A DNA stretch of 64,000 nucleotides from an uncultured archaeon (GTDB taxonomy: Archaea; Asgardarchaeota; Thorarchaeia; Thorarchaeales; Thorarchaeaceae): the NCBI GenBank assembly GCA_964558645.1, contig CAZLEV010000002.1, positions 192,001 to 256,000 on the forward strand. Direction: 5' to 3'. Under the pieces are notes generated by a model. It saw nothing but the letters and a program-made list of their open reading frames with translations, ran no database searches and was not told the DNA's origin. The position numbers and the translations under genes were made by a program. Below, in pieces: positions 20,557-29,388 of this stretch (positions are counted from its first letter, which is position 1; every line of letters begins with the position of its first letter).

Positions 20557-21567
20557 TTACCACCATCTCAGAACAGCAGCCGCCATGTTGAATCCGCCAC
20601 CGGATGAACAGAGCGCAATATACTCACCGTTACCCTGACCAGGAGTGGGAAGTTTTCCTTGGTCAACAGCATCGTACATGGCCAAAGCTACACACGCCGA
20701 ACCAGTATAACCCCATTTGTCCATGACCGTGTGAGTCTTTTCAATGGGAGCACCCAGTTCCTCCATGACAGCCTCTATGGTTCGAAGATTTATCTGGGTG
20801 AAGAAGAACCAGTCAATATCATCAATGGACAGGTTCGCCTTTGAAACGCAATCCCTCGTCAGCTGCGGCCAGTGTTCAAGGTTCGTGTCTGCTGGAAAAC
20901 GTTTACGGAACGCAAGATGGTGTCGATGGTTTTGGATGGCTTCAATCGTGGGCGGTTCTGCAGTGCCCCCCACAAAGACACCGACATGGTCATAGTAGGA
21001 ACCGTCTGCAATCAGTTTGGAGGTAATGATTCCTTCCAGATCGGCACTAGATTGGAGTACTACTGCTCCAGCACCGTCGGCAAACATTGTGCAGGTGTAA
21101 TGGTCGGTCCAGTCAACGAACTTGGTCATACCATATGCTCCAACAACGAGAACTGAGTCGATGGTTGAATCAGTCTGTATGTATCGGGAGCCGATATCCA
21201 AAGAAGTGACAAACCCTGCACAGGCACAGTTGACATCAAAGGTTCCAGCGTTCTTGGCCCCAAGCTTGTACTGTAGAACTACGGAAGTTGCGGGAGAGAT
21301 ATAGTCCGGGGTGTCGGTGCCAAGGACAATAAGATCGAGATCCGCTGGGTCAAGTCCCGCATTCTTCACTGCTTGCTGACTTGCATGAAGCGCAAGATCA
21401 GAAGTGGTCTCATCCTCCGCCATGACTCGACGTTCTTCGATTCCGACATTCTCTACGAGCCAATCGGCTGTCCCGGGGCGTTTAAGCATCTGCTCTATCT
21501 CTTCGTTGGTCACAACTTTTTCAGGAACATACATTCCCAGCCCCTTGATCAATGCTGAACGAACCAT
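20557..21567 (-). CDS. 3-oxoacyl-ACP synthase III (FabH)-like protein with variant active site
   Basis: GIEERR, DVNCACAGF, FADGAGA, SGGG; TQIN and GYTG replace HQAN and GNT. Confidence 0.88.
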   Translation of the reverse strand: MVRSALIKGLGMYVPEKVVTNEEIEQMLKRPGTADWLVENVGIEERRVMAEDETTSDLALHASQQAVKNAGLDPADLDLIVLGTDTPDYISPATSVVLQYKLGAKNAGTFDVNCACAGFVTSLDIGSRYIQTDSTIDSVLVVGAYGMTKFVDWTDHYTCTMFADGAGAVVLQSSADLEGIITSKLIADGSYYDHVGVFVGGTAEPPTIEAIQNHRHHLAFRKRFPADTNLEHWPQLTRDCVSKANLSIDDIDWFFFTQINLRTIEAVMEELGAPIEKTHTVMDKWGYTGSACVALAMYDAVDQGKLPTPGQGNGEYIALCSSGGGFNMAAAVLRWW

Positions 21568-21646
21568 CAATAACATCCTCAGTGTTCTTTTGCGTCACGT
21601 CCTATCTACAGATTGTATGCTTCATCTTAGTGAACACCTCTCATGG

Positions 21647-22528
21647 CTAGACCGTCTTCCTCTTGGGCTTCGGGGAAAAAGACCCGTCTTCCACTTCATC
21701 TAGGAAAGTTAGCACCTCTTCATTGAACTTTCCATGGTACTCGATGAAGCTCAAGTGCGGTCCGCCCTCTATGAGCACCAATCGTGAGTTTGGAATGCTA
21801 TCGGCCAGCAGCTCGGCGTTCTCTGGAGGTACTATAAGGTCACGCTCTCCGTGCAAGATAAGCGTGGGACAGGACAAGCCCTTCACTTCCGATTCGACAT
21901 CAAAGTCTATTGTTGCAGAGGCTTGATGTCCTCGGGCGAAGAGAGGTTGAGGGTACTGCTCTCGCCATTCCATAACCTGGTCTATGAGCGATGTGTTTTC
22001 TTTGAAGAATCCGGGACTGAAGGAAACACTGTAGCGCATCTCGGTGGCCTGCTGTTCTGAGATGGTTTCAGTGGGACTCGCAAACATCATGGCCTTCGTC
22101 TTGTCATCAGCAACAACAGAGTTAGGCCCGCCGAAAGTGGTGGATGCAAGAATCAGACTGCGAACTCTCTCGGGATAGGATATGGCAATCTGTTGTGCAA
22201 TGAATCCACCCATAGATATGCCCAAGATATGGGCCCGTGAGATGTCTAATGCATCCATCAGACCAACGGTATCATCGGCAAACATATCCATTGTATAGGG
22301 ATAGTTAGGTATGGAACTTCTTCCAACCCCTCGATTGTCGAAGATGATACACCGGAATCTCTCTTTGAAGACAGGGATTTGTCGAAACCACATCCATAGG
22401 GAAAACCCCCATCCCTCGATACAGACGAGTGGTGGGGCATCAGACGGACCATGAATCTCATAGTAGATATCTATGTCACCTACAGTTTCATACGGCAAAA
22501 CAATCACCCACTTTTGGTTCAACTCCAT
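21647..22528 (-). CDS. Alpha/beta hydrolase (start possibly TTG 22498)
   Basis: DNRGVGRS, GISMGG, HGERD, GPH. Confidence 0.92.
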   Translation of the reverse strand: MELNQKWVIVLPYETVGDIDIYYEIHGPSDAPPLVCIEGWGFSLWMWFRQIPVFKERFRCIIFDNRGVGRSSIPNYPYTMDMFADDTVGLMDALDISRAHILGISMGGFIAQQIAISYPERVRSLILASTTFGGPNSVVADDKTKAMMFASPTETISEQQATEMRYSVSFSPGFFKENTSLIDQVMEWREQYPQPLFARGHQASATIDFDVESEVKGLSCPTLILHGERDLIVPPENAELLADSIPNSRLVLIEGGPHLSFIEYHGKFNEEVLTFLDEVEDGSFSPKPKRKTV

Positions 22529-22543
22529 TTCTTTGCTTCTGCT

Positions 22544-24151
22544 TCAAAGACTGAGTATCAGCATTGACAAGATCAGACCTATCACTCCTAGAAACGCGAA
22601 TACCCAGTAGTCAACCTCCTTTATTCCAAACCTGAATCGGCCCACCTCCAGTCGTGCTAGTTTCTCCTTGAGAGAGCGGGCCTTGCTCCGGATAGTCCCT
22701 ATGATGCCCAGAGGCATGAACAACACGATGAAGACATATATAACACCCAGAGCAACGAGCCACAGCTCGCCAGGTAGGTTCAAGACTTCGGTCACGAACT
22801 CGACAAGGTTCATCTCCGAATACACAACAACTCCGGCACCAAGCAGCGGACCCAGCAACGTGCCAAGTCCACCGATGATGGCATACAACATGGCGTTTAT
22901 TGATACCTCAACCCCGAGAGCAGTCACTGGATCAATGGTTCTGATAAAGGGGGCATAGAGTCCCCCTGCAAGGCCTGCGATTGCACCGCTGATGACCACC
23001 ACGACAATCTTGCAGTGGTAGCTGTTGTAGCCCAGCGCCTCAGCACGTTCCTCATTCTGAGCCACAGCGACCACCATCCGGCCAAATGGTGAGGCAACAA
23101 GACGTCTCACAAAGAGGTAGGTGACTACGAGACAGGTCAGTACGAGGTAATACTGTATTGGAATGGTGAAATAGAAAGTATCCGTCTGCTCAAGCCATAT
23201 CGATATCATCTGAAGAATGTTGGTGCCGAAGGCAACAGACAGCCCTATGAGGGCAACTATCACGATACTGAGAGGCAGGATAAGATCAGCGAGTCTGTTT
23301 GTGGCTCCTGTTTCTCCAGATTGTGACTGCATCTTCTCAACGTACTGAAGCGGGTCAGATATAGCTCTTTTACGTTCCATCAAGTACAGGAACACCATGC
23401 CAAGAAACGCCACCATCATCAATATCGGTCCAAAGATATTGGCTCCAAGAGCGAGCAGGAGTCCTACAAAGGCTATCATGGCAGGCGTGAAGAGAATCAG
23501 ACTGATAGAGCCTCTTCGTTCCTTGATGTACAAGATGATTGTCCCAATGAAAGCAGCAAGAACAGTGAATGCAAGAATGACAAAAAGCATGTAGAACGGC
23601 GCGTTTCTTAATAGGGCTGGCGAGGGCACCCTTAGTCCTGTTTCTCCCCCAGAGATATCAGGGGACACTGCAAAGAAGTTGTAGAGAAACATTGCAATCG
23701 CCAAGGCAATGAAAGCAAATGCTGTACCTTTCATACGACTTGTTGTCAACCCCATTATGAATCCCACACCGGCGCCGGCCAACATCGCAAGCAAGATAGT
23801 CAGGGGGTAGGGAACAACCGCTATGAGATTGAACGGAAACGGGAGAACAGCGGGGGTAAGTGTGAATGCCATGACATAGGCAGCCGTGCCGAAAAGGGCA
23901 ACTTGACCGAAATTGAGAAGGGCAGCTCGTCCCAGTTGCAGGTCGAAGGACATCGCAAGAAGGCCGAATATCATTATCTTCGTCAAGAGGAAGAGCAGGG
24001 CTCTCATGGGAGATGTCCCTGCAGTTGTAGTCAGAGGGAGTAGATAGAAGAATGCAATGACGGCCAACAGCATTCTATTCCGCGATAGTATTGAGGGGAT
24101 ACTTCGGATCGTGTCCTTCACTTTTTTCTCTAGAATGCCTCCACTGCTCAT
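22544..24151 (-). CDS. livM: Liv-family ABC permease (LivM-like, extended)
   Basis: LLNFGQVALFG, SGGETG, SPFGRMVVAVAQNEERAEALG, IIGGLGTLLGP. Confidence 0.88.
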   Translation of the reverse strand: MSSGGILEKKVKDTIRSIPSILSRNRMLLAVIAFFYLLPLTTTAGTSPMRALLFLLTKIMIFGLLAMSFDLQLGRAALLNFGQVALFGTAAYVMAFTLTPAVLPFPFNLIAVVPYPLTILLAMLAGAGVGFIMGLTTSRMKGTAFAFIALAIAMFLYNFFAVSPDISGGETGLRVPSPALLRNAPFYMLFVILAFTVLAAFIGTIILYIKERRGSISLILFTPAMIAFVGLLLALGANIFGPILMMVAFLGMVFLYLMERKRAISDPLQYVEKMQSQSGETGATNRLADLILPLSIVIVALIGLSVAFGTNILQMISIWLEQTDTFYFTIPIQYYLVLTCLVVTYLFVRRLVASPFGRMVVAVAQNEERAEALGYNSYHCKIVVVVISGAIAGLAGGLYAPFIRTIDPVTALGVEVSINAMLYAIIGGLGTLLGPLLGAGVVVYSEMNLVEFVTEVLNLPGELWLVALGVIYVFIVLFMPLGIIGTIRSKARSLKEKLARLEVGRFRFGIKEVDYWVFAFLGVIGLILSMLILSL

Positions 24152-25263
24152 GTCCCAGTCAGTCCTCCTGGTTTTACAATAAGAACAACTGCCATAATGA
24201 TGAAAACGATGATGTTCTGAAGCACTGGCACGAAATAGGCGGTGAACTGCATCGAAAGACCCACTATGAGTGCTCCAAAGAAAGTGCCTTCAAAGCGACC
24301 GTAATGAGCTCCTCCAACGACCACTATGACAAAAGCGAATATGAGATATGTGAGGCCGTGGCCGGTATTTGCCCCAATCCAAGGCACCAAAACTGCACCG
24401 GAGAACCCTGCAAGACCTGCACCGAGTATGAACACAAGAGTTAGCAGTCTCTTGATGTCAGTCCCAAGCAACTCGACCATCTCTGAGTCCTCTATTCCTG
24501 CCTGAATCTGAAGACCAATCCTCGTCTTTCGGAAGGCAACAAACATTGCACCTGCGACTGCCAGTCCGAGAAATATCAAGAAGACCCGGTAGATTTCAAA
24601 CTTGAGGGCACCGCCGAAATCGATAATGCCACTGATGAAGAAATAATTGATCTGCGAACTGGGAGCAATGAAGTATGTTAGCACCGAGCTACCCCAGATG
24701 ATCTCGCCAACCTGCATGATTATGAACATGAAACCAACTGTAAGTAGTATCTGGGCAATGGGATTGCCGTAGAGCCTTCGGATTGTGAAATACTCAATCC
24801 CTCCACCTATGAGGGCCAGAACTGCGGTTGCTCCAAGAGCACCCACTATGAAGCATATGACTGAGAGAACAAACGGATTAGATGCAAAGGTTCCGTAGAA
24901 TGGTAGAGTCGGGTCAAGCAGAAGAGCCTCGGTCCCCAGATAGATTTCATACCCCATGAAGCCACCCAGCATGAAGAATGCACCGTGAGCGAAGTTGATC
25001 ACATCACACAGACCGAATATCAAGAAGAAGCCGGACACAATCAAGAAGAGGAGCATACTGAGCGCAAGGCCATCGACCAATGACTTGCTGGCTCTCACGA
25101 CGAACTCGTCCCATGAGTAATAGCTAATCCCGGCAATAACCAGTAGAACCCCTATCGCAAACGTCGTTAACACCATGGTAATCCTCAAGATAGTACGCGC
25201 CTGTGGGTTCCTTTCCAGATAGTCCTTCATTGAGAAAATCATCGACTGTATTTGTGACATCAC
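24148..25263 (-). CDS. livH: Liv-family ABC permease (LivH-like)
   Basis: VINFAHGAFFMLG, KTRIGLQIQA, VVVGG. Confidence 0.9.
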   Translation of the reverse strand: MMSQIQSMIFSMKDYLERNPQARTILRITMVLTTFAIGVLLVIAGISYYSWDEFVVRASKSLVDGLALSMLLFLIVSGFFLIFGLCDVINFAHGAFFMLGGFMGYEIYLGTEALLLDPTLPFYGTFASNPFVLSVICFIVGALGATAVLALIGGGIEYFTIRRLYGNPIAQILLTVGFMFIIMQVGEIIWGSSVLTYFIAPSSQINYFFISGIIDFGGALKFEIYRVFLIFLGLAVAGAMFVAFRKTRIGLQIQAGIEDSEMVELLGTDIKRLLTLVFILGAGLAGFSGAVLVPWIGANTGHGLTYLIFAFVIVVVGGAHYGRFEGTFFGALIVGLSMQFTAYFVPVLQNIIVFIIMAVVLIVKPGGLTGT

Positions 25264-25982
25264 TATATGCTAACCCCCAGATATTGTGAAACAAGTCGCT
25301 TATCGGTTACCAGCTCTCTCATGTTGTTTCCTTCATGAACTATCTTCCCGTTGTCGAAGATGTAGTAGTTGTCACCAAGCTTTGACACAGTTCTGAAATT
25401 CTGCTCCACCAAGAGGATAGTTGCAAACTCCTTCAGACGCTCAAGAGCTTCAATGAGGTTCTTTGCCAAGATGGGACTCAGACCCTCAGTTGGTTCGTCT
25501 ATGAGTAACAAGTCATTGTCATTCATCAACGCGCGTGCCACGGCAAGCATCTGCTGTTGCCCCCCTGAGAGAGTCCCAGCTCTCTGCTTGAAGGCTCGTT
25601 TCATGTCAGGAAATAGGTCGAAGATGAACTCTAGTCGCTCCTCCATCTTTCCTCCGAGGCCACCTTTCCGGACTGATACAATCAGGTTCTGTTCAACTGT
25701 CAAAGATCCGAATATCCTTCTGGTATCAGGAACATAGCCGATGCCTCTGCGGACTATTTCGTGGGGAGATAGTTTTGATATCTCTTCATCTTTGAAGAAG
25801 ATCTTACCTTCTCGAGGGGGGTAGAGGCCAAGTATCGCTTTCATGGTTGTCGTCTTGCCGGACCCATTACGCCCCAGTAATAGAGTGACTTCTCCCTTGG
25901 GTACAACGAGCGAAATACCTTGTAGAATATAGAACGACCCGATGTATACGTGAGCATCTTGTATCTCAAGCAAGTTCTTCAT
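25263..25982 (-). CDS. livF: Liv-family ABC ATPase (LivF-like)
   Basis: GRNGSGKTT, LSGGQQQM, DEPTEGLSP, LVEQN. Confidence 0.93.
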   Translation of the reverse strand: MKNLLEIQDAHVYIGSFYILQGISLVVPKGEVTLLLGRNGSGKTTTMKAILGLYPPREGKIFFKDEEISKLSPHEIVRRGIGYVPDTRRIFGSLTVEQNLIVSVRKGGLGGKMEERLEFIFDLFPDMKRAFKQRAGTLSGGQQQMLAVARALMNDNDLLLIDEPTEGLSPILAKNLIEALERLKEFATILLVEQNFRTVSKLGDNYYIFDNGKIVHEGNNMRELVTDKRLVSQYLGVSI

Positions 25983-26760
25983 CTGTACCACCTAGATAAG
26001 CAGTCAATACGCGTTCATCTTTCCGAATCTCTGCAGGAGGACCCTTCGCAATTATTCGTCCCTCTGAGAGAACAAAGATCTCCTCACTGAGTCTCATCAC
26101 GATGTCCATCTTGTGCTCCACCACCAATAGTGTTAGTTTATCTCCATAGGACTCCTTCACTCGCAAGATGGCATCAATCACATCTGGTATCTCTTCAATG
26201 GCCATTCCAGCTGCTGGTTCGTCAAGCAGCAGGAGTTTTGGCTCTGTGGCAAGAGCCATTGCAATCTCCAGCTTCCTCTGTTCGGCATGTGGAATCAGAG
26301 CTGCCGGGACATAGAGCCTCGAAGGATCTAATCCGACAATGGTTGCTATGTCAATCACCTTATCGTGGAATTCGTTAAACGAGCCCGCCTTCTTCAGCAT
26401 CCCCAGAAAATTCACTTTTGCTCCACTGCAGCCCTGAGCTGCCAACCTGATGTTTTCGAAGGTCGTCTGATAGGGAAAGATGTTGGTAATCTGATATGAT
26501 CTTGATATGCCCTTCCGTGTACGTTGATTCATCGACAGACGAGTGATATCTTCGCCTTCGAAGTAGATTCTCCCAGATGAGGGCGGAAGTGCTCCTGTGA
26601 CGAGATTGAAGATTGTGGTCTTTCCAGAACCGTTGGGACCAATGATTGCCTTTATTGAACCTCGTTCGATGTCAAGGCTGACATCTTTGACTGCAACCAG
26701 TCCGCCGAAGCTCTTGGTCAGCTCGCTCGTGCTAAGGATGAACTCGTTAGTTGAGGACAA
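25966..26760 (-). CDS. livG: Liv-family ABC ATPase (LivG-like)
   Basis: FGGLVAV, GPNGSGKTT, LDEPAAG, VEH, AYLG; probable TTG start at 26760 after GGAGA (track extends to 26850). Confidence 0.92.
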   Translation of the reverse strand: MSSTNEFILSTSELTKSFGGLVAVKDVSLDIERGSIKAIIGPNGSGKTTIFNLVTGALPPSSGRIYFEGEDITRLSMNQRTRKGISRSYQITNIFPYQTTFENIRLAAQGCSGAKVNFLGMLKKAGSFNEFHDKVIDIATIVGLDPSRLYVPAALIPHAEQRKLEIAMALATEPKLLLLDEPAAGMAIEEIPDVIDAILRVKESYGDKLTLLVVEHKMDIVMRLSEEIFVLSEGRIIAKGPPAEIRKDERVLTAYLGGTDEELA

Positions 26761-27080
26761 TACGGTCTTCTCCTGAACCGATGTGACATAGCTGAAGACG
26801 GTTATTGTCGGCCTAGTTCCTTTCGGAGGATAATATACCTTTTGGAACAAATCGACATATGGTTGGATTGTTTTGCTTTGTATTCTGGATGCTACTTGCC
26901 CAAAACTTGTTTCATATCATATCCCTCGCGGGTATCTAGACTCTGCGCCAACGCAAGATAAGAACTCAGAGTTTATAATCTTGAGAAGCAGGCCGCAATA
27001 ACTACGCAGCTAGAAGATTCCAAGTCCATCACCAATATACGGAAACTGCAGAATACCTTGACGGTTATTGAAGATGTATT

Positions 27081-27776
27081 TCAAGAAATGATTGCTCCAA
27101 TTTCCGGAAGATGTCCTCCAAAGACAAGATATAGAAATCCGATTGCAGACAGAGCTAGCACCAGGTATGCCAGTTTGTTCCACTTGACAATCTTCTTACC
27201 GTCAAAGGGTCCAGCCGGGATCAGGTTAAAGAGCCCGATCCATGCGTTCAATAACACACCATAAGCCGCCACTGACGAGACCAGTGTGTAAGGCATGAAC
27301 AGAGCTAGGACTAGAAACACGCCCGCTATCGACAGGCTCCCTGCGACACCGGCCGCTGCTATCTTGCCGTGACTTTCCTCATCCACTTCTCTTGATATTA
27401 CAACAGCACCGGGAGCGGCAAACACGAAACCGATGAACGCCATTAAGAGGGCCAGTATCAACATCTGATTGGATGCAACGAATGCAGCTCTGTGTCCAAG
27501 TTTTTGAGCAGTGTACTTGTGGCAGAGCTCGTGAGCAACAAAACCCAGACCCACCGTGACCAGTGCAATGAGAAACCCGCTAAGAATCACATTGAGGGAT
27601 TGTCCACCTGTAGCAATGGCAAAGGCAAGCGAGATAGCGACCAATGCCTTCAGAATATCTATCAACTCGGTCATGGGGTCCAGTTGCCGTGGTTGTCCAT
27701 CAGATTCCACGCTCTTGTTGCCTTCACTTTCTTCTTCAGCTAGCAGGTTTCCGTCTTCATTGTCTGCAAGACTCAT
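27081..27776 (-). CDS. Site-2 protease (M50) family membrane metalloprotease
   Basis: HELCH in TM, FNLIPAGPFDG. Confidence 0.92.
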   Translation of the reverse strand: MSLADNEDGNLLAEEESEGNKSVESDGQPRQLDPMTELIDILKALVAISLAFAIATGGQSLNVILSGFLIALVTVGLGFVAHELCHKYTAQKLGHRAAFVASNQMLILALLMAFIGFVFAAPGAVVISREVDEESHGKIAAAGVAGSLSIAGVFLVLALFMPYTLVSSVAAYGVLLNAWIGLFNLIPAGPFDGKKIVKWNKLAYLVLALSAIGFLYLVFGGHLPEIGAIIS

Positions 27777-27957
27777 GTTCCATCATCCAATCAACGCGCC
27801 GTACGAACAGGACTTCAAGCGAAGCCAGACAGGTCACAGTGGTCAATGCCACCATCTCACCTATGGATCTGGGCGTATGCGCTTTACACAACACCGGATG
27901 GGGGCTCTATTAAGATTGTCGATAGTTAATTCCAGGACCTCCCAGCATTGGTGAACG

Positions 27958-28722
27958 ATGGGTTTATTCGGAGTTTGTCTCCTGCGTGAAACAACAGTTT
28001 CGGAGGAATATAGGCTGGCAAGACGCAAGACAGTTCTACTCACGATTGCCATTATCACAGTCATCACTGTGTTTTCTTATGTTGCGGTCGTTGGTTTGCA
28101 GTTGGGAATAGATGAACCGGTTCTTGGAATGCCAATCGTGGAGACCGATAGAATAGAGAGACTATCACCATATCATGCCCCGGACTGGGGAGAGCCTGGA
28201 GTCTTCCATAACGGAATCGATCTGATCATCTCCGATGACGTCACAATCGTTTCCCCCGTGAAGGGAGTGATTTCCTCCATAACTGAGAGAGTCAATCCCT
28301 ATGCAGGTAATGTTCTCTTTGCCATCACGATTGCAGTGAATCTGGCATGGGAGGTCAAACTTGTATTAGAGCCCGGTTTTCTTGATAGCACGAACAATTC
28401 TCTGCAGAGCGAGGCGATTGGTGCTGAAGAGGGGCAGAACGTGAATACCGGAGAGGTGCTTGCAACGCTGCTTCATAGTGAGAGGTATCCACACTTGCAC
28501 TACATGCTGCTGAACTTTGGATCCGATGTCTGTGCCTACAATTACTCTTCAAGTGCAGCAAAGTCAACCTTCGAGAACATCGCGGATATCTCCAACAGCA
28601 CGATTCTGCTTCCACATGAACAATCTAATCCAATGTCAGGCTCAGCTATTGCCGTTCCAATTACGATAGTAGGTGCAGAAGTTCTCATCGGTGCCCTGGT
28701 AGTTCGTCGGATGAAAGAGTAG
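27958..28722 (+). CDS. M23-family metallopeptidase-like protein with N- and C-terminal TM
   Basis: HNGID (HxxxD), SPVKG, GQNVNTGEVL, PHLH (HxH). Confidence 0.75.
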   Translation: MGLFGVCLLRETTVSEEYRLARRKTVLLTIAIITVITVFSYVAVVGLQLGIDEPVLGMPIVETDRIERLSPYHAPDWGEPGVFHNGIDLIISDDVTIVSPVKGVISSITERVNPYAGNVLFAITIAVNLAWEVKLVLEPGFLDSTNNSLQSEAIGAEEGQNVNTGEVLATLLHSERYPHLHYMLLNFGSDVCAYNYSSSAAKSTFENIADISNSTILLPHEQSNPMSGSAIAVPITIVGAEVLIGALVVRRMKE

Positions 28723-28860
28723 AGCAAAGCAGACGTAAGGCGGTTCTACACTACCGGTTGCAGACCAATCTCAACGCGTCTACGCGCCTTATTGGAAAAT
28801 CTCCTCCGGGAAGAATGCATATTATCTCTCGCGACATAACAATGGTGAGGTCAAATCGCG

Positions 28861-29085
28861 ATGGTTATTGCAATTGTTCTCATACATGTCACGGGCGGAA
28901 AAGCCAAAGAGGTCTACGAAGCACTCGGTAAGCTGAGCGGCGTCAAACAAGTTCATCTTGTGACCGGGCCATACGACGTTATTGCATATGTCGATCTTCC
29001 GGATCGGGCCGAGTATAGAGGCGTAATTTTTGAGATCCATGAGATTCCGGGAGTCGCACAGACAGAGACCTGTATTGCCCTCTAG
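28861..29085 (+). CDS. Stand-alone Lrp/AsnC ligand-binding (RAM) domain protein
   Basis: VTGPYDVIA...IPGV..TET pattern, no HTH. Confidence 0.9.
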   Translation: MVIAIVLIHVTGGKAKEVYEALGKLSGVKQVHLVTGPYDVIAYVDLPDRAEYRGVIFEIHEIPGVAQTETCIAL

Positions 29086-29388
29086 GGCGCTGTATCATTC
29101 GAAGGCGGAGAGCCCAAGGTAGACCACTGCCTGTATGGTGTCACAGCATAATCTCTGGCCTACAGCACCTGTAGAATGTGGCAGTGAATGCTAGGGCCAT
29201 GTACAATGCGTATTTTTTCAGACTACTCTCGAAAAAGAAAAAGAGAGAGAAGACTAATATGATGTTTCTGCGCTCAATACAAGAGTTGCATCTGGGAGAA
29301 GAACGAATACAGCAATCCCCTGGCGGCCATGTTGGGACCGACATTGACTCACATCAAAGGCACTCCCATTCAAGGAGAGAGAGTATCA

